The notes beneath the pieces were generated by a model. That model had not been told where the DNA came from. It did no database searches and worked only from the letters and a program-made list of their open reading frames with translations. A stretch of 64,000 bases of DNA from assembly GCA_964636435.1 (NCBI GenBank), contig CAZWRS010000003.1, positions 1,212 to 65,211 of the forward strand, written 5' to 3'. A program made the position numbers and the translations under genes. The DNA comes from an uncultured Candidatus Saccharibacteria bacterium (GTDB lineage Bacteria > Patescibacteriota > Saccharimonadia > Saccharimonadales > JAGQNK01). Shown piece after piece: positions 26,705 to 35,376 of the stretch; position 1 is the stretch's first letter, and each line of letters begins with the position of its first letter.

Positions 26705-27403
26705 TTACTGGTATGTGGCGATATTTTCCAGTATTTCTTCAAAAGCTTCAGCGCGATTTGGCTTACCGGTAATAGAGCGGCCGACTGCAAGATAATCCGC
26801 CCCCATCGCCAGCGCTTCAGCCGGAGTAGCAACCTGGGGGTGATCGTCCGGACTATCTCCGGGCATGCGGATGCCAGCAGCAATGATTGTAAAATCCCCG
26901 GCTCGCTTGACTCGCTCAATGTCACCAACATTGCACATGACTTCCCGTATCTGTCTGTCAGGAGTAAGACCGCTATTGGCTTCCGATATTTCACTTAATA
27001 GCATGTCGACTAGCCGCTCGTTGCCGTCAGGCATTGCCGCAAACAAACCACAGCCGGGTGGCACAACTTCGGTGGCCCGCATAAGTGCAGGTGCGCCCGA
27101 AGTAGGTGCAACACTAATATGCTTGAAGCCTTTCTGGAATGCATCCGCGACTAGCGGAGCCATTTGATCAGCGTTCTCTTCGTACTTTGCGTCAAAATCA
27201 ACCTCTACACCACGTGCTTTCAGCATCTTTACTGGCGCCCAGGGGCTGGAGTTCAGCAGCAGCTGTTGCCCGAGCTTAAAGGCTCGGGCTCGAGCGCCCA
27301 AATCCTGTGCCATCTTTTGCAGCTCCAATAAGTCCTCTTTAGCGTCAATGGTAACGATAATGCGCTCCTCGGGCTGCATATCGGCTTTTTTTGTGTGTAT
27401 CAT
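26705..27403 (-). CDS. Orotidine 5'-phosphate decarboxylase family protein
   Basis: The C-terminal GADYLAVGRSIT resembles the OMPDC signature GADyivVGRpIt. N-terminal IIVTID...FKLG and a central D-A-K-Y-E-E (DxKxxD-like) are also present. Identity as a true PyrF versus a related decarboxylase or HPS-type enzyme is not resolvable by eye. Confidence 0.6.
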   Translation of the reverse strand: MIHTKKADMQPEERIIVTIDAKEDLLELQKMAQDLGARARAFKLGQQLLLNSSPWAPVKMLKARGVEVDFDAKYEENADQMAPLVADAFQKGFKHISVAPTSGAPALMRATEVVPPGCGLFAAMPDGNERLVDMLLSEISEANSGLTPDRQIREVMCNVGDIERVKRAGDFTIIAAGIRMPGDSPDDHPQVATPAEALAMGADYLAVGRSITGKPNRAEAFEEILENIATYQ

Positions 27404-27522
27404 GTGTATTCATTTTACAAATTTTTTATGCAAAAAAGCTAATATCTTCTATAAACACCGGTGCCCTTTGGGCGCACGGACGATACACCGGCGGCAACCT
27501 GCGGGTGAGAAATCGCTAATGT

Positions 27523-27552
27523 TTTGACACCTGCCGAAGGCTTGTGTGATTA
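27523..27552 (+). promoter_or_regulatory. Putative promoter for the 27582 membrane-protein gene
   Basis: TTGACA (27523-27528) is followed by an 18-nt spacer ending in TG-n, then GATTAT (27547-27552). GGAG lies 9 nt before the GTG start. Confidence 0.4.
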
Positions 27553-27581
27553 TGACTATAAAATAACGTGGAGCACATATC

Positions 27582-28439
27582 GTGGGCGAACAGCCAAGCA
27601 CACCCCAATATCAACCACAACCTGCAGAATCAGCACTACCGGCACAAAGTCAGGCCACTCCGTCTCCACAACCGCAACCGGCGCCGACCCATGAGATGCC
27701 GGGAGCATTTGCCCTTTTTGGCCCTAGCATCAATGCACTTAAAGTTAATATCAGAACGCTACTCGCAATAATCGGTCTTGTTGCTCTAACCGCGGTTATC
27801 GCGGTTCTGATCGTTAGAAATGTCACCGGCACGGCTGGTTCGCCAGGCAACAGTGCCGCTTTGACGCCGGCCTCCTTGCTGGGAATATTGTTTTTCGTTG
27901 CCGTAACAGCGATTGTCGGGCCAGCTGTCGCCTACGTCCAGCTAAAGAGCGCAAAAGGAATTAAAACGTCACTCAGTGAAGCGCTATCAACCGGTGCAAA
28001 GTACCTTTTACGCTATCTAGCACTCAGCATACTAACCAGCCTAATTGTCGGGATAGGGTTCTTACTGCTCATAATACCCGGCTTCATCATGCTGCGACGA
28101 TACTACCTAGCTATGTACTTCCTGATTGATCAGGATACTGGCGTACTCGAGGCAATGCGCAAGAGCGCAGAAAGCACCAAGCCTTACTCGTGGAAGGTGT
28201 ATGGGATCATGGGCGTAAACTTACTATTTTCATTCCTCAGCCTAATACCCCTCCTCGGCCAGATTGCAGGCGCGATACTGCAGTTCCTCTATAGCTTCGC
28301 ACCAGCCATAAGGTACTATCAGATAAACGAAGCTTTCTATGGAGCAGGTGATCAGACAGCAGGTATCGGGAGTCAAGCTCCCGTACCGCCATCTGCTCAG
28401 CCACCCGTGCCACCGACGCCGGCTGCACCGGCTTCTTAG
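27582..28439 (+). CDS. Hypothetical polytopic membrane protein with Pro/Gln-rich termini
   Basis: The 285-aa ORF has the N-terminus PSTPQYQPQPAESALPAQSQATPSPQPQP, 5-6 hydrophobic segments and the C-terminus PVPPSAQPPVPPTPAAP. No family recognised. Confidence 0.6.
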   Translation: MGEQPSTPQYQPQPAESALPAQSQATPSPQPQPAPTHEMPGAFALFGPSINALKVNIRTLLAIIGLVALTAVIAVLIVRNVTGTAGSPGNSAALTPASLLGILFFVAVTAIVGPAVAYVQLKSAKGIKTSLSEALSTGAKYLLRYLALSILTSLIVGIGFLLLIIPGFIMLRRYYLAMYFLIDQDTGVLEAMRKSAESTKPYSWKVYGIMGVNLLFSFLSLIPLLGQIAGAILQFLYSFAPAIRYYQINEAFYGAGDQTAGIGSQAPVPPSAQPPVPPTPAAPAS

Positions 28440-28972
28440 GTACTCTTTCGAGAGTAAATGATCAAAGTCGCATTGCCATAAGTCTTATGGCGCAAAACCG
28501 TGAAGCTGGGCACATCAGGTATGGGCTCGCTGATTGGCCAGGACAGCACGAGTACACCTGTTGCGCGAACATGCCGCGACAGTTGAAAAATCAGCGTTTC
28601 GAGCACCGCGTCGTACGGTGGGTCGCAAAACACGATATCAAATACTTTGTCAGTATTGTTATTCGACCATCCTTTGATATTGCGCATAACCGCACGGGCT
28701 TGGTACTCCAGACCCAGTGCTTCAATATTACGTTTGATGGTCAAGAAAGCATCTTTGTCGAGCTCCACCAGCAGTGCGCTTTTGGCACCACGACTGATAG
28801 CCTCAAACGCCAGCGCACCACTTCCGGCAAAAGCATCCAGCACCGTCAGGCCACGTATATCACCGAGCATATTGAATATCGCGCCGCGGATCTTGTCACC
28901 CATCGGATGCGTGTTATATGTTCGCGGACTGCGAAATGTCCTGCCGCCCAACTTGCCGGAAATAATCCTCAT
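28436..28972 (-). CDS. rsmD: 16S rRNA (guanine966-N2)-methyltransferase
   Basis: MRIISGKLGGRTF..TRPMGDKIRGAIFN..VLDAFAGSGALAFEAISRGA..DPPY are RsmD signatures. The start was trimmed to ATG 28972, which forms an ATGA overlap with the upstream gene. Confidence 0.85.
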   Translation of the reverse strand: MRIISGKLGGRTFRSPRTYNTHPMGDKIRGAIFNMLGDIRGLTVLDAFAGSGALAFEAISRGAKSALLVELDKDAFLTIKRNIEALGLEYQARAVMRNIKGWSNNNTDKVFDIVFCDPPYDAVLETLIFQLSRHVRATGVLVLSWPISEPIPDVPSFTVLRHKTYGNATLIIYSRKST

Positions 28973-29790
28973 GCCTCTCCAGCCAAATCTGCATCCACGA
29001 GTGCCGCATACCAAGCGAGCGTAACGCTATTTATGATCAGCGGTCCGAGTCGGTGACGAACGTCATAGGCTAATTTTGGCGTCCAACCCTTTTGTTGGTA
29101 TCGGGTATACATATCGAGCACGGCTATTTCGCGAGCTGTGCGCCGAAACCACTCCACAACCCCGATTTCGACAATAGCCTCTTGGTCGCGCCTGGTTGGC
29201 ATCGAATCAGAAAAGCTAAGCGGCGCAATGATAGAAGCAACACCAAATTCAAAGAGCCCGTGGGTCGTCATGAGGCCCTTGGGACCCCACATCTTCCAAT
29301 TATTGAGGATTTTTTCGCGGGTCGTTTCACCGGGCATTAGGATCTTGTTTTTTATCGTCGTGCGGGTTTCGATACCCTCACCACCACGAAGTTCAGTCAG
29401 TTTTTCCTCGTACGGGAAATGGTGTGCAGGTGTCAGCCCGTCAACGATGGCGTGCGCCAGCCAGGCAGCCTCGAAAGCGCTGCGTTCAGTGTTATCCGCT
29501 TTGAGTTCACGCACCAGCAATCGATAATGTTCGTCAATAATATCCACGATTCGCGTATCTTTGTCATCGAACGGATTAAAGTAGTGCCACAACTCATCTT
29601 TGGCTGGACTCTTCCGCTTGATAGCATCGGGGCCATTCTTACCTTCGAAGTGTAGTATGGACCGAATTGGCGGAAAAGCACTGTCATCAGCAATCATTCT
29701 CGACAAATGCCTGCGTGCAACGCGGTCAATCTTTTGGTGCGCCCCTATGACGCGCCCTGAGTATTTAGTAAGTGTGGATCCTGAGTACAT
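28969..29790 (-). CDS. Zinc-dependent phospholipase C / S1-P1 nuclease superfamily-like protein, no signal peptide
   Basis: The 273-aa ORF has WLAHAIVDGLTPAHH, giving H-x3-D-x5-H, and a later THGLFE giving H-x3-E. This is the spacing of metal ligands H118/D122/H128 and H142/E146 of Bacillus cereus PLC. The gene is tightly packed between recG and rsmD. Confidence 0.5.
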   Translation of the reverse strand: MYSGSTLTKYSGRVIGAHQKIDRVARRHLSRMIADDSAFPPIRSILHFEGKNGPDAIKRKSPAKDELWHYFNPFDDKDTRIVDIIDEHYRLLVRELKADNTERSAFEAAWLAHAIVDGLTPAHHFPYEEKLTELRGGEGIETRTTIKNKILMPGETTREKILNNWKMWGPKGLMTTHGLFEFGVASIIAPLSFSDSMPTRRDQEAIVEIGVVEWFRRTAREIAVLDMYTRYQQKGWTPKLAYDVRHRLGPLIINSVTLAWYAALVDADLAGEA

Positions 29791-29794
29791 ACGG

Positions 29795-31831
29795 TTAATT
29801 TAAGTTTGTAATAGCGCGAACCTTCTGTACGCGCACATGAAGTTGCTTATATTTTAACAGGTCTTCTTGGCGATCAATGAATTCTTGCGCGGCGTGACGG
29901 GCGGCAGCAATCAGCTTTGCGTCGGAAAGCTTGGCGACTCTCAGATCCAACTGACCGTGCTGCATAGTGCCGTATATTGCCCCTGGCCCACGAATCTCCA
30001 GGTCGAGCTCGGCAAGCCTGAAGCCATCATTTGTCTGTTCCAAAGCTCGCAGTCGCCGACTCGGCTCGGAAGAATCTCCCATCATGAGATAACAGTAACC
30101 CTGGTGAGCACTGCGGCCAACACGGCCGCGGAGCTGATGGATTTGTGCTAAACCGAATCGCTCAGCGTTTTCTATCAACATCACGGTTGCATTTGGCACA
30201 TTGACACCAACCTCGATCACTGTCGTTGATACTAGAATATCGAGTTCATGTCGCACGAACTGCTGCATAACCGTTTCCTTCTCGGCCGGTTTCATCTTGC
30301 CGTGGAGCAAGCCGACGCGCCAGCTCTTGAAAGCCCTGGCCTGCAGCTCGTTAAATACCTCCTCTGCCGACCGGGCGGGTAAGGTGTCGTTTTCTTTAAT
30401 GAGGGCAGTGACCACGAACATCTGCCGTCCGCTCTTGAGCTCCTGTTCGATTGTTTCATAAAGCTGCTTGCGTGAATTGGGTGAGACGATTTCCGTCACT
30501 ATTGGCTTACGACCCACTGGCTTCGCGTCAATGATCGTGATATCCATCTCGCCATACAGTGTCAGCGCGAGACTCCGTGGAATCGGTGTCGCTGTCATAT
30601 TCAGCACGTGCGGCATATGGCCAGCTTTCTGTTGTAAGGTTTTACGTTGCTCAACACCAAAGCGATGCTGCTCATCAACTATTACCAGCCCGAGCCGGTG
30701 CATATCAACTTTTTCTTGAATCAGGGCGTGAGTGCCAACTATCAAGCCTATATCCCCTGAAGCAATATTAGCGTGTGCAGACTCTTTCTGCACAGGCGTC
30801 AAGCCGCCAACCAGCAAGCTGAGCCTATTGGCCATACCAAGTGGTGCCAACAGGTCATGCAGCGTCTCGGCATGCTGACGGGCAAGGATTTCGGTCGGCG
30901 CCATGAAAGCTACTTGAAAACCTTGCCTCATTGCCATGACAGCCGCCATTGCAGCAACCACCGTCTTGCCGGAGCCAACATCACCCTCAAGCAGGCGATT
31001 CATAGGCTGCGATTTTTGCATATCTAAATAAATCTGCCAAACAGCCTTCTTCTGAGCATTAGTCAGCGTAAAAGGGAGATGACTGACAAAATCCTTAGCC
31101 AACTGCTCATTGAACGGTATGGCTATGGCTTCTTCACTCAAAAGTTCATATTTATTAAGTAGCGCAGCTAATGATAGCTCAAAGATTTCCTCAAACCCCA
31201 AGCGTCGTTTTGCATTTTGGAGTGCTTCCGAATTTTCTGGAAAATGCATCATTTCTATAGCTTTCGCTCTGCCCATCAGTCCGTGCTGCTCGACGACCCA
31301 GCCTGGCAGTGATTCTTTTGTCTCACGTATAAGCGGCAGGCATGCGCGGATTATTTTACGGATTTGTTGCGATTTGAGACCTTTAGTCTCACGGTATATG
31401 GGAATGATGCGAGCGGTATTGACTGGAAACTCACTAACGAGCTCAGCCGACGGATTCTGGATACTCAACCGCTGGCGACGCAGTGCGAACTCGCCAGATA
31501 TGTAGTATTCGGTATCACGCTTGAGAGCTGCCGCCCGATATGGCTGGTTGAACCACACTAAACGTACGCTGCCGGTTTCATCACTCGCCACTGCCTCTGT
31601 TACGTGCATCCCACGCCGAACATACCGTCCCTTTGCCTGCTTAATGACTGCTTTTATCGTCACCATGCCAGGCTTAATATCACTGATTGGTTCGACGCTA
31701 GAGTAATCATCATACCGGCGTGGGTAATAATCAATGAGATCCGATACAGTCTCAACACCAAGAACAGCAAACTTCTTTGCCATCTCCGGACCTACACCTT
31801 TAACATCTATCAGCGGGCGTAATACTTCCAT
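29795..31831 (-). CDS. recG: ATP-dependent DNA helicase RecG
   Basis: The 678-aa ORF has an N-terminal wedge/OB region, GDVGSGKT (Walker A), DEQHRFG and helicase motif QLRGRVGR. Confidence 0.95.
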   Translation of the reverse strand: MEVLRPLIDVKGVGPEMAKKFAVLGVETVSDLIDYYPRRYDDYSSVEPISDIKPGMVTIKAVIKQAKGRYVRRGMHVTEAVASDETGSVRLVWFNQPYRAAALKRDTEYYISGEFALRRQRLSIQNPSAELVSEFPVNTARIIPIYRETKGLKSQQIRKIIRACLPLIRETKESLPGWVVEQHGLMGRAKAIEMMHFPENSEALQNAKRRLGFEEIFELSLAALLNKYELLSEEAIAIPFNEQLAKDFVSHLPFTLTNAQKKAVWQIYLDMQKSQPMNRLLEGDVGSGKTVVAAMAAVMAMRQGFQVAFMAPTEILARQHAETLHDLLAPLGMANRLSLLVGGLTPVQKESAHANIASGDIGLIVGTHALIQEKVDMHRLGLVIVDEQHRFGVEQRKTLQQKAGHMPHVLNMTATPIPRSLALTLYGEMDITIIDAKPVGRKPIVTEIVSPNSRKQLYETIEQELKSGRQMFVVTALIKENDTLPARSAEEVFNELQARAFKSWRVGLLHGKMKPAEKETVMQQFVRHELDILVSTTVIEVGVNVPNATVMLIENAERFGLAQIHQLRGRVGRSAHQGYCYLMMGDSSEPSRRLRALEQTNDGFRLAELDLEIRGPGAIYGTMQHGQLDLRVAKLSDAKLIAAARHAAQEFIDRQEDLLKYKQLHVRVQKVRAITNLN

Positions 31832-31847
31832 CTTGCTATCAGTATAG

Positions 31848-32678
31848 ATGATTTTTCGATTGATTTATGCTGCTCAAGGCACCCGCAGTGTGCCGCGCCT
31901 GAGCCTAGAATTACTTCATGACGTGATATTATGTCTTTATGCGGGCACCGGATTTTCCACCGGAATCATTCCTCGAAATCAATACCACCTTCTCGACTAC
32001 GATAAGGTAGTTCATGATCTCTCACCGTTTGGTAGTGGCATCGCTATCGTGCGGGAAGCGCTTGATTATAATCAGTTATTCTACCTGCATGACGAAATTC
32101 ACGACCCTTTCGCAGTTCAGTGGCGAGATAATCATAAACTGTCCGAGAACAAACGTGGAACAGTCATCCAGAACCATGATGTTTTTGCATTGAAGCTTTC
32201 ACGGGGGGATCAACGAAAAACATTTCGGGTCCCAAGAATGAGAAGGTTAGCTGCTAATATCGGTGAATTGATCAGGGGCTTTTCTGGCTCATTTCCATCC
32301 CTATCAGACTGGCAGGAAGATGAAATGTCTCTTCATAAATACGATGACCAAGAAATCGGCTTGAGCACACATAGAGACCATTCCTGCTTTGTTGGCATGA
32401 TAGCGGTCATGACGCTAGAGGGTGCAAGTGATGTGTTGGTATCGAATGAAGATGACGTACCAGACACTATATCTGTAGAGGAGGGCGACTTAACACTAAT
32501 GCGTGCCCCGGGCTTGTACGAACCGCTTCCTGGTAAAGAAATCCGTCCGGATCATGCGGTCGTAAACCTAAAATCAAATATCAGAACATCTTTCATCGTT
32601 CGCGCTAACAACAACCCTACCGAGCAGGTCGAGGGCTTCGAGTACGACAACTGGGCGGGAGAAGCAAATGCAACATGA
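31848..32678 (+). CDS. Hypothetical protein with 2-oxoglutarate/Fe(II)-dioxygenase-like motif set (P4H-like)
   Basis: LHKYDDQEIGLSTH175-R-D177, then H236 (RPDHAV), then R246-T-S248 ten residues later, gives the HxD...H...RxS arrangement. The start codon is uncertain, since ATG 31848 is only 16 nt from the divergent recG ATG. Fold assignment is by motif only. Confidence 0.5.
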   Translation: MIFRLIYAAQGTRSVPRLSLELLHDVILCLYAGTGFSTGIIPRNQYHLLDYDKVVHDLSPFGSGIAIVREALDYNQLFYLHDEIHDPFAVQWRDNHKLSENKRGTVIQNHDVFALKLSRGDQRKTFRVPRMRRLAANIGELIRGFSGSFPSLSDWQEDEMSLHKYDDQEIGLSTHRDHSCFVGMIAVMTLEGASDVLVSNEDDVPDTISVEEGDLTLMRAPGLYEPLPGKEIRPDHAVVNLKSNIRTSFIVRANNNPTEQVEGFEYDNWAGEANAT

Positions 32679-33748
32679 ACAAACAAATGCCCCGAATAGA
32701 ATCTATTTCGCATCTCGCCACCATGTGCGAAGCTGCCCTCGATGTTGATAGCATTGCTGCTCAGGAACAAGCATCTCAGCACGTAAGGTTAGCTACGGGT
32801 ATATTGCCGACAATCGGCTGCGAGATAGAGATTAAATGGTCGAGCTTGTTTCCAGAGATTGCTGATGAATATTTTGGTGCAAAAGATACGCTGGGAGAAT
32901 TTGAGCGAGCGTTTGATGATCTCAGTCCTGTCGAACAAGATGAATTGAATGCCCTCAGGAAAGTCCATGAGACTGAGCTTCTGCCTGCCTACCAGGCAAC
33001 TTGCGACGCTGGCATACCGGCTGGGAGCGATGCCTTCTGGGAATTTGCAAATGCGCCTGCCTATAGTGCCCGCACGCTTTCAACTGAGGTTAAGCTACTA
33101 TTCCATGCAGGATTTATTCCTGAAGGGCACCACCACGCCCTGCACGTGACACTTGGAGGGTTAGCGCTGGGGAGGGGCGGTGCACATATGGTCTTAGCTG
33201 GACTTGAGTTGCTACACGGTCTTCCAGAACGATTCATTCTAGCCACGCAAGGTACAAAGTACGCGACGGCCAACACGTGGGCGCGACGCAGGTGCGAAGG
33301 TATTCGACAGAGAACCTCTGAGCAACTACAGCTCAATGACACCATAGGAATCGAATTTAGGACTCTGACGATTGCTTCTTCCGAGGCTGCCGATGATCTG
33401 TTTTCTGATGCTCAAAATTTGGGGTCAATACTTCTTGCGTACCGACAACATGCTTACAGCCCGAGCCATCTGACACAGCCCCTACGCCCCCTCTGGGATA
33501 CATATAGACAGAGGATCAAAGACCTGATGCATGCATATCAGCTACCTAGTGAACCTTGGGGTAAGCCACATGAAAATGCTATTCCATGGCTCCGCTGGGC
33601 AGAAGTAATTAGTGAGGCGCCCCATTCAACGAGCGAAGCCGCTGCAGCAACGAATGACATAAAGGCAATCGTCAAAGAAGCTGACGAGTTACTTGCGTCC
33701 CTTAGAGCAGAAGTGCCTCGCATGCCCCTTCACATCGTGGACTCGTAA
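32675..33748 (+). CDS. Hypothetical protein resembling GS-fold carboxylate-amine ligases (Amidoligase_2 / GCS2-like)
   Basis: TIGC-E50-I-E52-IKW, GSDAFWEFANAP, EGHHHALHVTLGG and TIGI-E227-F-R229-T match the ExE, HxH and ExR strand motifs of this superfamily as I remember them. The gene has an ATGA overlap with the upstream ORF. Its 3' end overlaps the folP 3' end by 60 nt. Confidence 0.5.
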   Translation: MNKQMPRIESISHLATMCEAALDVDSIAAQEQASQHVRLATGILPTIGCEIEIKWSSLFPEIADEYFGAKDTLGEFERAFDDLSPVEQDELNALRKVHETELLPAYQATCDAGIPAGSDAFWEFANAPAYSARTLSTEVKLLFHAGFIPEGHHHALHVTLGGLALGRGGAHMVLAGLELLHGLPERFILATQGTKYATANTWARRRCEGIRQRTSEQLQLNDTIGIEFRTLTIASSEAADDLFSDAQNLGSILLAYRQHAYSPSHLTQPLRPLWDTYRQRIKDLMHAYQLPSEPWGKPHENAIPWLRWAEVISEAPHSTSEAAAATNDIKAIVKEADELLASLRAEVPRMPLHIVDS

Positions 33749-34474
33749 ATACGTCGCGTCATTCTGCACTGCGACATCACCTGCTCTGAGATTAGCATCG
33801 AGTAGCATTCTAGAAGGTCCTAGGAATCGTTTTCGTGAATAGCCTATCATCACATCTACATCTGGCACTAAAGCGCCGAAACTTAAAAGCTGCAGATTAA
33901 GCTGCCTGGTTTTTTCAAAACCTATCCCTGGGTCAAGTACAATATCACCCTTCTCTATACCAGCCCCAATCAGCTCATCTCGCTTACGCAAGAGGTCGTT
34001 TCGTACCTGTGCAACGTCATCAATTTTGTTTTCTGCTGCATGGGCAGCCTGAACGTTCTGATGAAAATTAACCGGAAAGTGACTTATTACGCATTTGAGG
34101 CCGTAGTCTGCTACAACTTGGACCATTTCCGGATTATTAAAGCCGGTTACATCATTTACGATTATCGCCCCTATCGATTCGACTACCCTACGAACGACTT
34201 GCGGATGACGGGAATCTAGGGATATGCGACCTGGATATGCGGCCAGCAGAGGTTCAAGAACCGGTTTCAGCCTTTTCCATTCTTCGTCTTCACCTACTGG
34301 TGTAGCACCTGGCCGAGTCGATTCCGCTCCCACATCAATGAAACTTGCCCCCTCCCGAACCAGAGTATCTACTGCATCCACAGCCACATCTGGATTGAGA
34401 TATATACCGTCGTCGCTGAAGCTATCAGGTGTTAGGTTTAGAATCCCCACCAGCTCTACCTTACTCATATCCAA
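33689..34474 (-). CDS. folP: Dihydropteroate synthase
   Basis: GILNLTPDSFSDDG, IDVGAESTRPGA, VNDVTG, LDPGIGF, GYSRKRF and LRVHDV are canonical DHPS blocks. Confidence 0.9.
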   Translation of the reverse strand: MDMSKVELVGILNLTPDSFSDDGIYLNPDVAVDAVDTLVREGASFIDVGAESTRPGATPVGEDEEWKRLKPVLEPLLAAYPGRISLDSRHPQVVRRVVESIGAIIVNDVTGFNNPEMVQVVADYGLKCVISHFPVNFHQNVQAAHAAENKIDDVAQVRNDLLRKRDELIGAGIEKGDIVLDPGIGFEKTRQLNLQLLSFGALVPDVDVMIGYSRKRFLGPSRMLLDANLRAGDVAVQNDATYLRVHDVKGHARHFCSKGRK

Positions 34475-34525
34475 AGTATACGTTAGGTGTGATCACAGTG
34501 TCGATATATGCAGCGGTACTCCAGA

Positions 34526-35359
34526 CTACTTGGCCTTTCTGACGAGGAAAAAGACACTGGGCCCAAAATATGTACGGGACAAGGTCGGCTGCAGGATACG
34601 CTCCACGACAAGCATGGCTTTTCTCGGTACGATTTTCTTAAGCGCCGGGCTCCGCAGGTTTGACACTGAGAGCACTTTATCAACTTTTAGTCCAGCATGG
34701 GCGAGCTGCTTTTGGACGGTCTTGGGATTGTGATTGACGAAAGGAATTTCATCCTCGCGACGGTTCTCCTCCGAGCGGATATCGATTGGCTCGGTTGGCA
34801 ACCTCCGGCCACGCAGATAGTGCTTCAACCGATTTCGACCATGTGCGTAGTTGGCGACCTCGAGGATTATCATGCCATCATCAGACAGAACGCGGGCAAG
34901 TTCCTTAAATTCCCTACTCGGATCCGGTAGGTGATGCATAACACGGATTACCGTTATGAGATCAAGAGATTTATCTTTGAATTTCAAATCATCAGCCTGC
35001 GTCAGCAAGCGCTTCACATCCGGGTAATCTTTTAGATAGACTTTGGCGATATCGAGCTGCTGTTTCGATGGCTCAGCAAGGGTTACCTTGTCGGCATAGC
35101 GCCGCAACAGCACACATAGCCGACCGTATCCGCCACCGATGTCAGCAGCATGCCTAAACGTCTTGGAGCCCAGCAGACGCTTGATGGCAATTTCTTCAGC
35201 TGCATGTTCGTAGTCGCGACCATCCCAGTACTCCAAATAGTTATGATTGGGATCGTTATACTGGTCAGCTTTTCTTCTGGCCTCGTTGGCAGCTTTTACA
35301 GCCGGCTTCTTCTTGGCCGTCTGTTTAGTTGGTTTGGCTTTAGATGATGATTTTGGCAT
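34526..35359 (-). CDS. Class I SAM-dependent methyltransferase with Lys-rich N-terminal tail
   Basis: AADIGGGYGRL is motif I (GxGxG). Motifs downstream include VIRVMHHLPDP. The N-terminus is MPKSSSKAKPTKQTAKKKPAVKA. Confidence 0.75.
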   Translation of the reverse strand: MPKSSSKAKPTKQTAKKKPAVKAANEARRKADQYNDPNHNYLEYWDGRDYEHAAEEIAIKRLLGSKTFRHAADIGGGYGRLCVLLRRYADKVTLAEPSKQQLDIAKVYLKDYPDVKRLLTQADDLKFKDKSLDLITVIRVMHHLPDPSREFKELARVLSDDGMIILEVANYAHGRNRLKHYLRGRRLPTEPIDIRSEENRREDEIPFVNHNPKTVQKQLAHAGLKVDKVLSVSNLRSPALKKIVPRKAMLVVERILQPTLSRTYFGPSVFFLVRKAK

Positions 35360-35376
35360 GGTGACAAGTGTATCTC

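Noticed and set aside
26515-26998. ORFs at 26515-26772 (+), 26624-26998 (+) and 26632-26994 (-) cover the tRNA-Leu region.
   Set aside because: They overlap the tRNA-Leu gene and the OMPDC-family gene, and none has protein-like features.
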